Shown: positions 9,053 through 17,712 of the stretch, piece after piece | Layout: every line of letters begins with the position of its first letter | How positions within the stretch are numbered: position 1 is the first letter of the stretch | From: an uncultured virus (IMG/VR IMGVR_UViG_3300044701_003393) | Taxonomy: Duplodnaviria; Heunggongvirae; Uroviricota; Caudoviricetes | Direction: 5' to 3' (one strand) | DNA: 64,000 bases | Virus record (IMG/VR): IMGVR_UViG_3300044701_003393 | Notes under the pieces: generated by a model | Told to the model about the DNA's origin: nothing | The model's database searches: none | The model's input: the letters and a program-made list of their open reading frames with translations, nothing else | Translations under genes and position numbers: made by a program

Positions 9053-9154
9053 ATGTCTAAGTCGCCTAACAAGAAGTCCAAGAAAGGACCTTCAAAACAA
9101 AATCAAGGTAATGCGACTGCGAAAAAAGCAAAAAATGGTGGTAAGAAAAAGTGA
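9053..9154 (+). CDS. Small Lys-rich basic peptide, 33 aa
   Basis: MSKSPNKKSKKGPSKQNQGNATAKKAKNGGKKK with AAGGA RBS. Confidence 0.6.
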   Translation: MSKSPNKKSKKGPSKQNQGNATAKKAKNGGKKK

Positions 9155-9163
9155 GGTGTCACC

Positions 9164-9355
9164 TTGCCGCGAGAATGGAATACTCCCAAGCGTGAGCCTT
9201 GGAACGCACCGATACATAACATTCTAAAAGCAATAGATAATCACACTCAAGAATACTTTAAGAGTGGTGATGTTTGGCATCTACATAAAGCAGATATGCT
9301 GAGACAATACTTACACGAACTTAAAACTTGGATTCATAAGCAAGAGGGAAAATGA
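9164..9355 (+). CDS. Hypothetical protein
   Basis: GAGGT RBS, TTG start. Confidence 0.65.
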   Translation: MPREWNTPKREPWNAPIHNILKAIDNHTQEYFKSGDVWHLHKADMLRQYLHELKTWIHKQEGK

Positions 9356-9492
9356 AAGATGTCGTTTGGTCTGTTAATATTCTTCTTGGTATTTGTTTGG
9401 TTGGTGTTGCTTGGGCTATCTACAAAATCCTACTCATCGCAAATCAGGAAAATGTATCAGTACAAAATAAAGAAGATTCACAGGGTCATTGA
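9352..9492 (+). CDS. Small TM protein, 46 aa
   Basis: ATGA overlap with the previous ORF; MKDVVWSVNILLGICLVGVAWAIYKILL... Confidence 0.5.
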   Translation: MKDVVWSVNILLGICLVGVAWAIYKILLIANQENVSVQNKEDSQGH

Positions 9493-9793
9493 TGGAGACA
9501 CTGTTGACGTTGATATTGATTTAGGATTTAGCATTACACTCAGACAAAGAGTTCGTCTCAAAGATATTGATGCAGCAGAGACAAGAACTAAAGACTTAGA
9601 AGAAAAGAAAAAAGGTATTGATGCAAGACTTTGGTTAGAAAAAGAACTTGCAAGAGAAGGTGACTGGATTATCGAAACACATAAAGAAGACAAGTACGGA
9701 AGAATACTTGGAGTTCTTTATTGTGTTGGAGATCCAGTCACTGTAAATGAAAGAATGTTAAATGAAGGTATTGCGTATCCTTACATACTATGA
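9452..9793 (+). CDS. Thermonuclease (SNase)-like nuclease
   Basis: RVIDGDTV, RVRLKDIDAAE, DKYGRILG; likely start ATG 9452. Confidence 0.85.
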   Translation: MYQYKIKKIHRVIDGDTVDVDIDLGFSITLRQRVRLKDIDAAETRTKDLEEKKKGIDARLWLEKELAREGDWIIETHKEDKYGRILGVLYCVGDPVTVNERMLNEGIAYPYIL

Positions 9794-11025
9794 GGTCCGT
9801 GATCGAAATGATCTGTAGGAAGATCAAAGTGATCGAAGTGAACCTCTGGGAGATTATCTAATACAACATCAGGAATATGAGTATCAAAATTATCAAGAGG
9901 ATGCTCGTTAGGAATTTCGTGAGTATTAATAACATTTAGATCTACTGGATTTTCTTCTAAGAATCTTCCAACAAAATCATCATAATGTTCACTTGGAGAC
10001 TGATCATTTTCAGCGTTATTGTGATTGAGGGAATTACCTGGAGCATCATCATCTCCGTTCCCCCATCCATTATTTTGCTGTTCATCAGGTTTTCCTCCAC
10101 CATTTCCAGCATTTCCTCCATTACCAGGAGGATCTTTTGGATCATTATTTTGTCCTCCATCATTCTTTGAATCGCCTGGAGGTTGGTTTGGTTCGGGATC
10201 TTGTCCATCTTGGTGATTACCTTTGCCTGGATTGTCTGATGCTCCTGTCTCACCATCCCAAGGGGAATTGCCTACATCTTTATCATTACCAGGATTACCC
10301 CCACCAGGTTCCTCTGGATCTTCAGGTTCTTCAGGTTCCTCTGGATCTTCAGGTTCTTCAGGTTCCTCTGGATCTTCAGGTTCCTCTGGATCTTCAGGTT
10401 CTTCAGGTTCCTCTGGATCTTCAGGATCTTCAGGATCTTCTGGTTCCTCTGGTTCCTCTGGATCTTCAGGTTCTTCAGGTTCTTCAGGTTCCTCTGGATC
10501 TTCAGGTTCTTCAGGTTCTTCAGGTTCCTCTGGATCTTCAGGTTCTTCAGGTGGTGGAGGTGGTGGTGGATCTTCAGGATCAACTGGGGGGTCTACAGGA
10601 GGCTCTGGATCAACTGGAGGATCTACCACATCTTCTTCGATAGGTGGTCCATCACTATTGCTAGAACTATCAGGAACAATATTATTCCCAGGTAAACTGC
10701 TAATAACGACATTTGCGTTTCTTATAGGAGTTGTTGAATCTATTCTTGTATTTTCAATCTCTGGAATATTTCTATTCGCAAAGGAAATATTGTCCCCAGA
10801 AGACCCATAAACGTCCTGAGGAATAATGTCGTTTAATATTGGAGATGTTACTTCTACTTCAGGAACGTTTACAGGATCAACCTGTTCGACTGGAGTATTA
10901 TCTTCACCAATTCCTACAGGTGTATATCCATTAGGATACCTAGATGCAGCATTAGGATCATAAGGGATAGTATCCTGTATTTGCTGATTTGACTTTTGCA
11001 GTTCTTCAAGTTGAAATTCATCCAT
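9781..11025 (-). CDS. Acidic low-complexity protein with Glu/Asp-Pro repeats
   Basis: (EEP/EDP)n tract; GNPGNDKDVG and NNGWGNGDDDAPG motifs; His/Asp-rich tail. Confidence 0.8.
   Translation of the reverse strand: MDEFQLEELQKSNQQIQDTIPYDPNAASRYPNGYTPVGIGEDNTPVEQVDPVNVPEVEVTSPILNDIIPQDVYGSSGDNISFANRNIPEIENTRIDSTTPIRNANVVISSLPGNNIVPDSSSNSDGPPIEEDVVDPPVDPEPPVDPPVDPEDPPPPPPPEEPEDPEEPEEPEEPEDPEEPEEPEEPEDPEEPEEPEDPEDPEDPEEPEEPEDPEEPEDPEEPEEPEDPEEPEEPEDPEEPGGGNPGNDKDVGNSPWDGETGASDNPGKGNHQDGQDPEPNQPPGDSKNDGGQNNDPKDPPGNGGNAGNGGGKPDEQQNNGWGNGDDDAPGNSLNHNNAENDQSPSEHYDDFVGRFLEENPVDLNVINTHEIPNEHPLDNFDTHIPDVVLDNLPEVHFDHFDLPTDHFDHGPHSM
10304..10551. repeat. Tandem 9-bp repeat tract (TCAGGTTCT/TCTGGATCT variants) coding EEP/EDP
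   Basis: Visible tandem repeats. Confidence 0.9.
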
Positions 11026-11062
11026 AATAATAACACCTCAATAAAGTCTATTGTTATTTATT

Positions 11063-11536
11063 TTAAGTTCTTTTCCAAAGATCACCCTCTGCTTTTCTTC
11101 TTCTTGCTAATCCTGCCTCTACATTACTTCCAGGATTTCGGTAAAGATATAAAGCATCAGGAACTTTATCCCATTCCTTATTCTTTAATACTCTAGTTAT
11201 GGTATTAAAATTGGGACCCCCGTAGAAATTAGCACCAAGATTATAAGCAAAAGAAAGAAGTGCTCCTTGTTGATTTTCATTCATCTCATTCCAATAAGGG
11301 ATTTTTTGTAGTGCAGGAATAAATTTTGTTTCAATATCAAACATTAACAGATCATCTGCTTCCTGTTGTGTAATGGTATTACCCATTATAAATCCAGTTC
11401 CATCTTTTCTGCTAGTAGAACCCCAACCTATTGTGATTGGAGCACCTCCAGTCAAAGGATCTGGATATGCTCTTAATTTACAACCTTCAAATACTTTTAT
11501 CAGTTCTACCCCTTTAACTGGAATAGAACTAATTAC
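11063..11536 (-). CDS. GH24 phage lysozyme domain with no canonical start; likely reached by -1 frameshift
   Basis: Frame reads ..GVELIKVFEGCKLRAYPDP..TIGWG..ALLSFAYNLG..GLARRRKAE; the first ATG/GTG/TTG is TTG 11455, after the catalytic Glu. Confidence 0.85.
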   Translation of the reverse strand, partial: VISSIPVKGVELIKVFEGCKLRAYPDPLTGGAPITIGWGSTSRKDGTGFIMGNTITQQEADDLLMFDIETKFIPALQKIPYWNEMNENQQGALLSFAYNLGANFYGGPNFNTITRVLKNKEWDKVPDALYLYRNPGSNVEAGLARRRKAEGDLWKRT

Positions 11537-12234
11537 TTTTTTGCATCAAAAATACGACCCCATCCAGTTCTATCTTTTCCTTTATCCAACCATCGTTGCA
11601 TTAGATCTGATCTCTTATATACAGCACCTTTACCATTTGTAACTGGTCCCGTATATCCATCGTTGAGAGAACCATAAGGATCATTTACAACATAATCATC
11701 ACCTTTCTTACCGATCACTACAAGTAAGTGCCCGCCAGTAGGTGCAGATAAAGAACCGCGATGAAGAATCCCGATAACGACAGGTCTCCCAGCGGCAAGC
11801 TCACGATCAAGATCAGCAAAAGAAAGATTGTAAACAAATCGTGACTTAATACCATAACCTTCCAAAACTTTTGTTTGGACGGTGTGATCAGTCGTATCAC
11901 CAATTGCGAATACCTTTTGAATATAGGCATCATCGCCTGTTGCTCCTTGAAGTGTGCCTGGTTTGAAATACTCTAGACACATCGCACAAGAAGATGAATT
12001 ACAGGTTCTTTGTGCATCTCTGTAATTATCTGTTTGTGGGAACCAAGGAACATTAAGAACTCCTGGAACTACTGGTTCTACTTTTGATCTATAAATTTTT
12101 ATCCAACTCGTTTCATCATCAAGCAAGTCTGGATTTTTAGATTCCAAATCCTTTTCAAACTGCTCTACTGCTGCAACGTGCTTTGGATTTTTAGGATCGT
12201 AGTGTAAAAAGAAATTATGGAGATCTATTTTCAT
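11533..12234 (-). CDS. C39-like peptidase (cell-wall hydrolase)
   Basis: VPWFPQ..CNSSSCAM, GGHLLVVIG, VNDPYG. Confidence 0.85.
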   Translation of the reverse strand: MKIDLHNFFLHYDPKNPKHVAAVEQFEKDLESKNPDLLDDETSWIKIYRSKVEPVVPGVLNVPWFPQTDNYRDAQRTCNSSSCAMCLEYFKPGTLQGATGDDAYIQKVFAIGDTTDHTVQTKVLEGYGIKSRFVYNLSFADLDRELAAGRPVVIGILHRGSLSAPTGGHLLVVIGKKGDDYVVNDPYGSLNDGYTGPVTNGKGAVYKRSDLMQRWLDKGKDRTGWGRIFDAKK

Positions 12235-12264
12235 ATCTTTACCTATTCAGTAAATTTATTTATT

Positions 12265-12289
12265 AAAAAAGGAGGGTTTTAACCCTCCT
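12265..12289 (-). terminator. Rho-independent terminator
   Basis: AGGAGGG-TTAAAA-CCCTCCT followed by a T run. Confidence 0.75.
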
Positions 12290-12295
12290 TCTAAA

Positions 12296-12823
12296 TCACA
12301 CAAGTTCTTTTTCTAGAATTGTAGATTTCACATAATCCAGAACTGCTGTTGGAGTTGTTTCCTCATAAGGATCAGTATCAGCATTATCACGCTGACCTGC
12401 TTCAACAAATAGTTTCTCAATCACACCATTATCTACCACAGCAGCGTAACGCCAACTGCGCTCACCGAAGCCAAGATTTGACTTACGGACGAGCATACCC
12501 ATCGAACGGGTGAAGTATGCATTTCCATCGGGAATCAGTTTTACGTTTTGAATATTTTGGTCTTGAGCCCAAGCGTTCATCACGAAACCATCATTCACAG
12601 AGATACAATAGATTTCATCAATACCAAGTGCTTTGAATTCCTCAAACTTCTCTTCAAAACCAGGGAGTTGGTATGCAGAGCAAGTAGGAGTGAATGCACC
12701 AGGAAGTGAGAAAATCACAACACGCTTTCCGTTGAAGAGTTCGGAAGAAGTGCGAGTTACAAACTCACCTGCCTCACGGAACACAAATTCTACTTGAGGA
12801 ATTTGATAACCTTCGCTACGCAT
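12296..12823 (-). CDS. Peroxiredoxin (Prx5/type II)
   Basis: LPGAFTPTCS, SVNDGFVMNAW, RSWRYA; GGAGG RBS before ATG 12823. Confidence 0.92.
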   Translation of the reverse strand: MRSEGYQIPQVEFVFREAGEFVTRTSSELFNGKRVVIFSLPGAFTPTCSAYQLPGFEEKFEEFKALGIDEIYCISVNDGFVMNAWAQDQNIQNVKLIPDGNAYFTRSMGMLVRKSNLGFGERSWRYAAVVDNGVIEKLFVEAGQRDNADTDPYEETTPTAVLDYVKSTILEKELV

Positions 12824-12887
12824 TTTAACCTCCATAGTATTTTCTTCTTTTTTATTGAAAAAATTAAACATAATTAAAATCTAGTAA

Positions 12888-13007
12888 TCAGAATACACCA
12901 GGAATGATTTGACCTGTCGTGAGATAAGAAGCGGTAGCAGCAATGAAACCAATCATCGCAGCACGACCATTCAGTTTTTCAGCAGCATCAGTAAACAGTT
13001 TATTCAT
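12888..13007 (-). CDS. hli: High-light-inducible protein, 39 aa
   Basis: MNKLFTDAAEKLNGRAAMIGF...TGQIIPGVF; not in the ORF track. Confidence 0.92.
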   Translation of the reverse strand: MNKLFTDAAEKLNGRAAMIGFIAATASYLTTGQIIPGVF

Positions 13008-13279
13008 TTGTTTTCTCCTTGATATGGATGTTGTTGTTTAAGTTCTGGATTAGGTTGCGAGAAAACCATAGGACTTCTGGTTTTATTTTTAATCACAATG
13101 AAAGAATCATTTTGATATGTTACTGTCCCAAATGGTTTCGCCCACTTTGCATTAGCATCTGGATGAGTTGCAGTTCCAGTTACTGCTACACCACCGATTT
13201 CAACAGAAAGTTCATCATCGGTATCCCATCCAAGTTTTTCAAGGGCAAGAGCAAACTGCCCCAACATATTAGCACTCAT
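13004..13279 (-). CDS. Hypothetical protein between hli genes
   Basis: 91-aa ORF coupled to its neighbours. Confidence 0.75.
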   Translation of the reverse strand: MSANMLGQFALALEKLGWDTDDELSVEIGGVAVTGTATHPDANAKWAKPFGTVTYQNDSFIVIKNKTRSPMVFSQPNPELKQQHPYQGENK

Positions 13280-13365
13280 CAGTAAGTTTCTACGACCTTC
13301 TCAACAGCATAACTCAGGAGGACTAAAAAAGCAACCCCTGTAAAGGTGAAGATTGTTTCAGTCAT
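13279..13365 (-). CDS. Small TM peptide, 28 aa
   Basis: MTETIFTFTGVAFLVLLSYAVEKVVETY; TGATG coupling at both ends. Confidence 0.6.
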   Translation of the reverse strand: MTETIFTFTGVAFLVLLSYAVEKVVETY

Positions 13366-13559
13366 CAGAAGACACCGAAGAAGAAGTTACCAGTGATAGC
13401 ATAAGAAATAACACCAGCAACAAAACCGACCATCGCCCAGCGTCCATTAGTTCTCTCCTTGACTTGATTGGGGGTCAGCATTCCGTAGTTCTGATAGTAC
13501 ATTACGGGTTCTTTCGCCCACATATTTTGTTGGCCGTACTCATTAGAAGTTACAGTCAT
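13365..13559 (-). CDS. hli: High-light-inducible protein
   Basis: ERTNGRWAMVGF motif; TTGACT-17-TATAAT promoter upstream. Confidence 0.9.
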   Translation of the reverse strand: MTVTSNEYGQQNMWAKEPVMYYQNYGMLTPNQVKERTNGRWAMVGFVAGVISYAITGNFFFGVF

Positions 13560-13638
13560 TTTCTTTTGTAACGATTTACAACAATATTATATAGGGATTG
13601 TTAAGAAAAGTCAAGTAGGTATTTGTTCGGATTTCCAC

Positions 13639-13665
13639 AAAAAAGCACCCCAGAAAGGGGTGCTT
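13639..13665 (-). terminator. Terminator after the porin gene
   Basis: GCACCCC...GGGGTGC followed by a T run. Confidence 0.75.
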
Positions 13666-13688
13666 CCACTCAACCTATGAGTGTTTTA

Positions 13689-15161
13689 TCAGAACGTGAA
13701 CTTGGTCTGGATTACACCACCCCACTTAGCAGAGTCCTGATAACGCTGATTGTTATCAACGTAGAACAGAGCAGGAGTGATGCTGATGTTATCAGACACT
13801 TGGAACTTGTAGAAGATTTCAACAAGAGTGGCGTCATCTACACCTTTGGTATCAGCAGTAGGTGCTTGACCCACAGCAACTCCAGCAGAGTTACCCTTGA
13901 GGAAGACATCGCTCCACTGAAGACCAGCCATCCAGGACTGACTATCAGTAGCATCAGTAACACCAGTAGTACCATTAACCCAGTTGTAACCGTAACCAGC
14001 ACTGATTGAAGGAATCCAACCAGACTGTTCGGGTTGCCAGTAAGCGTTAACTGCAAGACCATTAGAAGTCTGACCGTCTACAAGAGTACCAGTAGCACCC
14101 AGGAGACCGTTGTAGGAGCGAGGACGGGTGCCTTCAGTACCATAGCGGTATCCAACACCAACACCCCAGTTCTTACCACGATAACCGACTTGACCCAGCA
14201 GGTTCAGAGCACCATCTTCATTGAAGACGCCAGTAGAAGAGTTATCACCGTCCTGAGCGACATAGTTCAGACCAGCAACAAATCCACCATTACCAGCATA
14301 CTGAATACCGAAACCAGCACCGAGTGCCTTATTATATACACCAGGAGTACCAGCAGTAGCAAAGAAGTCAAGGATTTCCGACTTATATGCGGAAGGAACC
14401 CAAGCAATCTCAGTGTTACGGACTTTAGCACCAGCAGTGATGGTGGTAGTGTCGTTAAACACAGGGAACTGATAATACAGACGATCAATAACTACGTTAT
14501 CGCCAACTTCGCTAGAAGTGTTATCTGCTTTATCCAGTTTGAAAAGGGAACCCGAAGAAGCAAAAGGATCCGTGCTGAAGTTAGAAGAACGCAGACGAGT
14601 ACGGAGCAGGTCCTTACCAGTGAAGCTGGTATCGAAGTTCAGACGGACATCATAATTAAATGCGGTGTCGCCAACGTTTCCACCGTCATTAGTTTCAAGT
14701 CCAGGAACTCCACCCAGAACAAAGGTAGCCTCACCACGAAGTTTCGTAGTGGTAGAGAACTGAGTTGCTTCCAGTTGACCGACTTGTGCTTCCAGTTTAT
14801 CTACACGACCACGGATAACGGCAAGTTCTTGAGCGAACTCTGCCTGAAGACGCTTCAGTTCATCGGTAACTTCAGTCACACGATCCAGGCAAGCATTCAG
14901 AAGAGCAGCTGCCTCATAACGGGTCATTGACTGACCACCACCATAAGTGCCGTTAGGATAACCAGCAACACAACCATAACGCTCTACAAGGTTGTTGAGT
15001 GCTTGATATGCCCAATCGGTAGGACGAACATCAGAGAACTGTGAGATGCTCGTAACTTGAGATTCTACATAAGGTCCATAAGTGCCATAGGGTTCTGCGA
15101 ACGCAGCACCAGCGACCAGTGGAGTTGCAGCAAGGGTTGCTGCGAAAGCGGATTTAAACAT
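13689..15161 (-). CDS. Cyanobacterial outer-membrane porin (SLH plus OprB-like, Som type)
   Basis: Signal peptide; FSDVRPTDWAYQAL...GCVAGYP SLH motif; QFSTTTKLRGE; C-terminal Phe; GAGG RBS before ATG 15161. Confidence 0.92.
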   Translation of the reverse strand: MFKSAFAATLAATPLVAGAAFAEPYGTYGPYVESQVTSISQFSDVRPTDWAYQALNNLVERYGCVAGYPNGTYGGGQSMTRYEAAALLNACLDRVTEVTDELKRLQAEFAQELAVIRGRVDKLEAQVGQLEATQFSTTTKLRGEATFVLGGVPGLETNDGGNVGDTAFNYDVRLNFDTSFTGKDLLRTRLRSSNFSTDPFASSGSLFKLDKADNTSSEVGDNVVIDRLYYQFPVFNDTTTITAGAKVRNTEIAWVPSAYKSEILDFFATAGTPGVYNKALGAGFGIQYAGNGGFVAGLNYVAQDGDNSSTGVFNEDGALNLLGQVGYRGKNWGVGVGYRYGTEGTRPRSYNGLLGATGTLVDGQTSNGLAVNAYWQPEQSGWIPSISAGYGYNWVNGTTGVTDATDSQSWMAGLQWSDVFLKGNSAGVAVGQAPTADTKGVDDATLVEIFYKFQVSDNISITPALFYVDNNQRYQDSAKWGGVIQTKFTF

Positions 15162-15270
15162 AAGTACCTCTATATTTTCTCGCAGAGTTTTCCTGCGGAT
15201 GTAAGGAGTTTCGACATAACTCCGTTTATTCAGTGAGTCAACAAGTATTTGAGGTATCGTCACCAGAACG

Positions 15271-15304
15271 TATTTATTGTACGCCAGATTTGATCTGGTG
15301 TCAA
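15271..15304 (-). promoter_or_regulatory. Early and late promoters for the porin gene
   Basis: TTGACA-17-TACAAT with overlapping AATAAATA. Confidence 0.65.
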
Positions 15305-16098
15305 GTGGTCTGTTGTGCTGCTGAGTTTTCAGTTATCCTCCCAAGGTAAGGATCATAATTCATATAGTCTTTAATATTAATATCAGATCCTGCTTGCTGC
15401 CAATAGTTCAACAGAGCATCGTGAGGTGCCTTATGGAAAATTCCAAGATGTTCTGGATGAATTGCAGATCCCATTTCAAGGTTATAAAGGAAAAGAGGAA
15501 TAGTATAAGTTTTACCCGTCTCTAAAATAGTATCTTCAGAAACCGCTCTAGGTTTTACACCATTATCCAATTTGTACTTATCGCCACGAATATGATGCTT
15601 CATCATCTTTGCAGCGTGGTGACGAGTAATCAAATAAATTGCAGCAGAAAAATCGTTGATGAATTTTAAGTGCAACTTAACATGGATATCTCCAGTACAA
15701 ATTGTAGTTAACTGAACACAATCCCAATCATATGGCACTTCAACAAAAAAATCAGTCCAGGTAAAATTCCAATACCTAACAATGTCAAAATTAACATCAT
15801 CCTCAAGAATCAAGCAATAATCATCTGTACTATTTTCATAGAAATGTTTAATTGCTTTGAGATGTGACATACAACACCCCAATTCATTTTGTGACACATT
15901 ATCAGGAATTCTTCCTTTTAAATGACTTGATACATCATCCTCTCTCCCGTCATATCCAGAAATACGAGTATGATTCTCAATTTGCCAATATTTAAATTGG
16001 GTTTCCATATACTCACGCCTGTGAGTATCTGCATCAAGGTTGATCCAGTAAATTTGCGGAATTCCTTTAAGTTTATATGCAGACTTATTCTTGTCCAT
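15301..16098 (-). CDS. Glycosyltransferase family 25
   Basis: IYWINLD..RR, ELGCCMSH, LILEDDV. Confidence 0.85.
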   Translation of the reverse strand: MDKNKSAYKLKGIPQIYWINLDADTHRREYMETQFKYWQIENHTRISGYDGREDDVSSHLKGRIPDNVSQNELGCCMSHLKAIKHFYENSTDDYCLILEDDVNFDIVRYWNFTWTDFFVEVPYDWDCVQLTTICTGDIHVKLHLKFINDFSAAIYLITRHHAAKMMKHHIRGDKYKLDNGVKPRAVSEDTILETGKTYTIPLFLYNLEMGSAIHPEHLGIFHKAPHDALLNYWQQAGSDINIKDYMNYDPYLGRITENSAAQQTT

Positions 16099-16909
16099 CA
16101 ATAATTCTTGTCCAGTCATCGGGAATTAAATCTTTAGTATTGTGATCTTTTGTATATCCAGTTTTACCAAACCACTGGACGGGTGCAATAACTTTTTTAT
16201 TCTCATTAGAAGATAACCAAGCAGCCCACCAAGAATAAGAAGAGTTTGCAATAATAAAATCATTGCAGAGAGACATCAAGCAAAGATCCACTCGATTATC
16301 AGTATTCTCAGAAACCATAAAACGATCATCTGAGAATATCTCTTGAGACTTACACCATTCAGGATCATCAGAAAAAATAATCACACTTCGATCATTATCA
16401 AAATGCTTTAATGCTGCTTTATAATATTCAAGTGGAAGATTAAAATGATTATCGCTATTTACAATATAGTCAGTTCTTCTTACGTGAAGTGCCAGAGGAT
16501 TTTCAATAGAAGAAATCATTTCTTGGCAGGGTTTAAGAATCTCATCCTTAAAAGTAAAATCTTCGCGGATCTCCGACTCAATATGTTTAAAGTATTTTTC
16601 TGTCTGAAAATATCCCTGAAGACTCACATGATCCGGACACATTGAAAAAAGTTCCTCATCGAAATGAAAATATCTTTCTTGAACGGTAGGGGAATGTCCG
16701 TTATTCAGAAGTCCAACATTAACTTTCAGATCAAAAGAATCAAAAAGTTCTGTTCTGAGTTTGTTGCCGATACCATCATCAACTGCTTGAGAATGATTTG
16801 GAATACAAATATCTGCTCCTACATTTCTCGCAATTCCTTTAAGTGAGGCATACTGAAACATTTGGTTTGCCAAACGTCCCATTCTACCTAGTGCATTAAA
16901 ACCAATCAT
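16085..16909 (-). CDS. GT11 alpha-1,2-fucosyltransferase-like
   Basis: GRLANQMFQYA, GYFQTEKYF, HVRRTDY, IIANSSYSWW. Confidence 0.9.
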   Translation of the reverse strand: MIGFNALGRMGRLANQMFQYASLKGIARNVGADICIPNHSQAVDDGIGNKLRTELFDSFDLKVNVGLLNNGHSPTVQERYFHFDEELFSMCPDHVSLQGYFQTEKYFKHIESEIREDFTFKDEILKPCQEMISSIENPLALHVRRTDYIVNSDNHFNLPLEYYKAALKHFDNDRSVIIFSDDPEWCKSQEIFSDDRFMVSENTDNRVDLCLMSLCNDFIIANSSYSWWAAWLSSNENKKVIAPVQWFGKTGYTKDHNTKDLIPDDWTRIIDGQE

Positions 16910-17712
16910 CGTATTTGACTTCTGCGATTTTTTACATAGTCCTGATTTTCATAATATCCCATCAATTGATTTCTGTCAAATGTTTTAATTTGATTCCAAA
17001 GATGGTAGTTATTATTAAAGTTGGGGTTGCTAAACCAAGAATTATGAGTTCTTGAGTGTTCTAAATGGTAGACATAATTATCAATTCTTCCAATACGATT
17101 ACCAAGAACGCTCATACGATAATAAAATTCATCATCCTCACATCCCCAGGAAATAAAGTTTTCATTCATCATATAAGACTCAATATACTTCTTTCGGTTT
17201 ACAAATTGAGTCCATCCAATAGTGGAGTTAGAAAGTGATTTATTCTGATCTAAAATAGAGGTATCCAAAGTGCTTACAAATCTCTCATAGATCTCTGGAC
17301 CGTATGATGCTTTCCATTGATAAATTCCGCATCCATAAGGATAGACTACATCTACTCGATCCTCATTAATTGCAGTATATGCCTGATAATATGAATCGAT
17401 TGGAAGAATACAATCAGCATCATAATTTGCAACAACTTTTGTAGATGATGCAACAATTAAATCATTTAAAACTTTACTTTTACAAAAAAGGGGTTCTTGA
17501 GACTCTTCATACAAATACTCAAGATTTGAAGTATCCACATATTTTCTAATTTCAGGAACTGCTCTAAACTGAAATGTAGGACGACTTGAAACTTCTTTGA
17601 CTATTACCTTTGCAGGAATATGTCTAAGCAAATAAGAGACTGAAGAAATGATATTTCTCAATCTATCTTCAGTCTCAATTCTAGTTGGAATTAAAAAAGT
17701 TAAGTCCATCAT
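16906..17712 (-). CDS. GT2/GT7-like glycosyltransferase
   Basis: DAD motif; NENFISWGCEDDE; YHLEH. Confidence 0.75.
   Translation of the reverse strand: MMDLTFLIPTRIETEDRLRNIISSVSYLLRHIPAKVIVKEVSSRPTFQFRAVPEIRKYVDTSNLEYLYEESQEPLFCKSKVLNDLIVASSTKVVANYDADCILPIDSYYQAYTAINEDRVDVVYPYGCGIYQWKASYGPEIYERFVSTLDTSILDQNKSLSNSTIGWTQFVNRKKYIESYMMNENFISWGCEDDEFYYRMSVLGNRIGRIDNYVYHLEHSRTHNSWFSNPNFNNNYHLWNQIKTFDRNQLMGYYENQDYVKNRRSQIR

Noticed and set aside
10304..10551. Possible CRISPR array
   Set aside because: Tandem 9-mers without unique spacers; no cas genes or repeat-spacer array seen in the window.
10223..10810. Plus-strand (GSS)n ORF and other frames over the 9-bp repeat
   Set aside because: Shadows of the stop-free repeat inside the 414-aa minus-strand gene.
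11063..11455. Stand-alone 130-aa lysozyme starting at TTG 11455
   Set aside because: It would lack the catalytic Glu and has no RBS; treated as the frameshift extension.
13568..13579. NtcA site upstream of hli
   Set aside because: The palindrome is GTA-N6-TAC, not GTA-N8-TAC.
14034..14930. 298-aa plus-strand ORF, and similar antisense ORFs in psbA, nrdA and gp41
   Set aside because: Antisense shadows of codon-biased genes, with no recognisable motifs.
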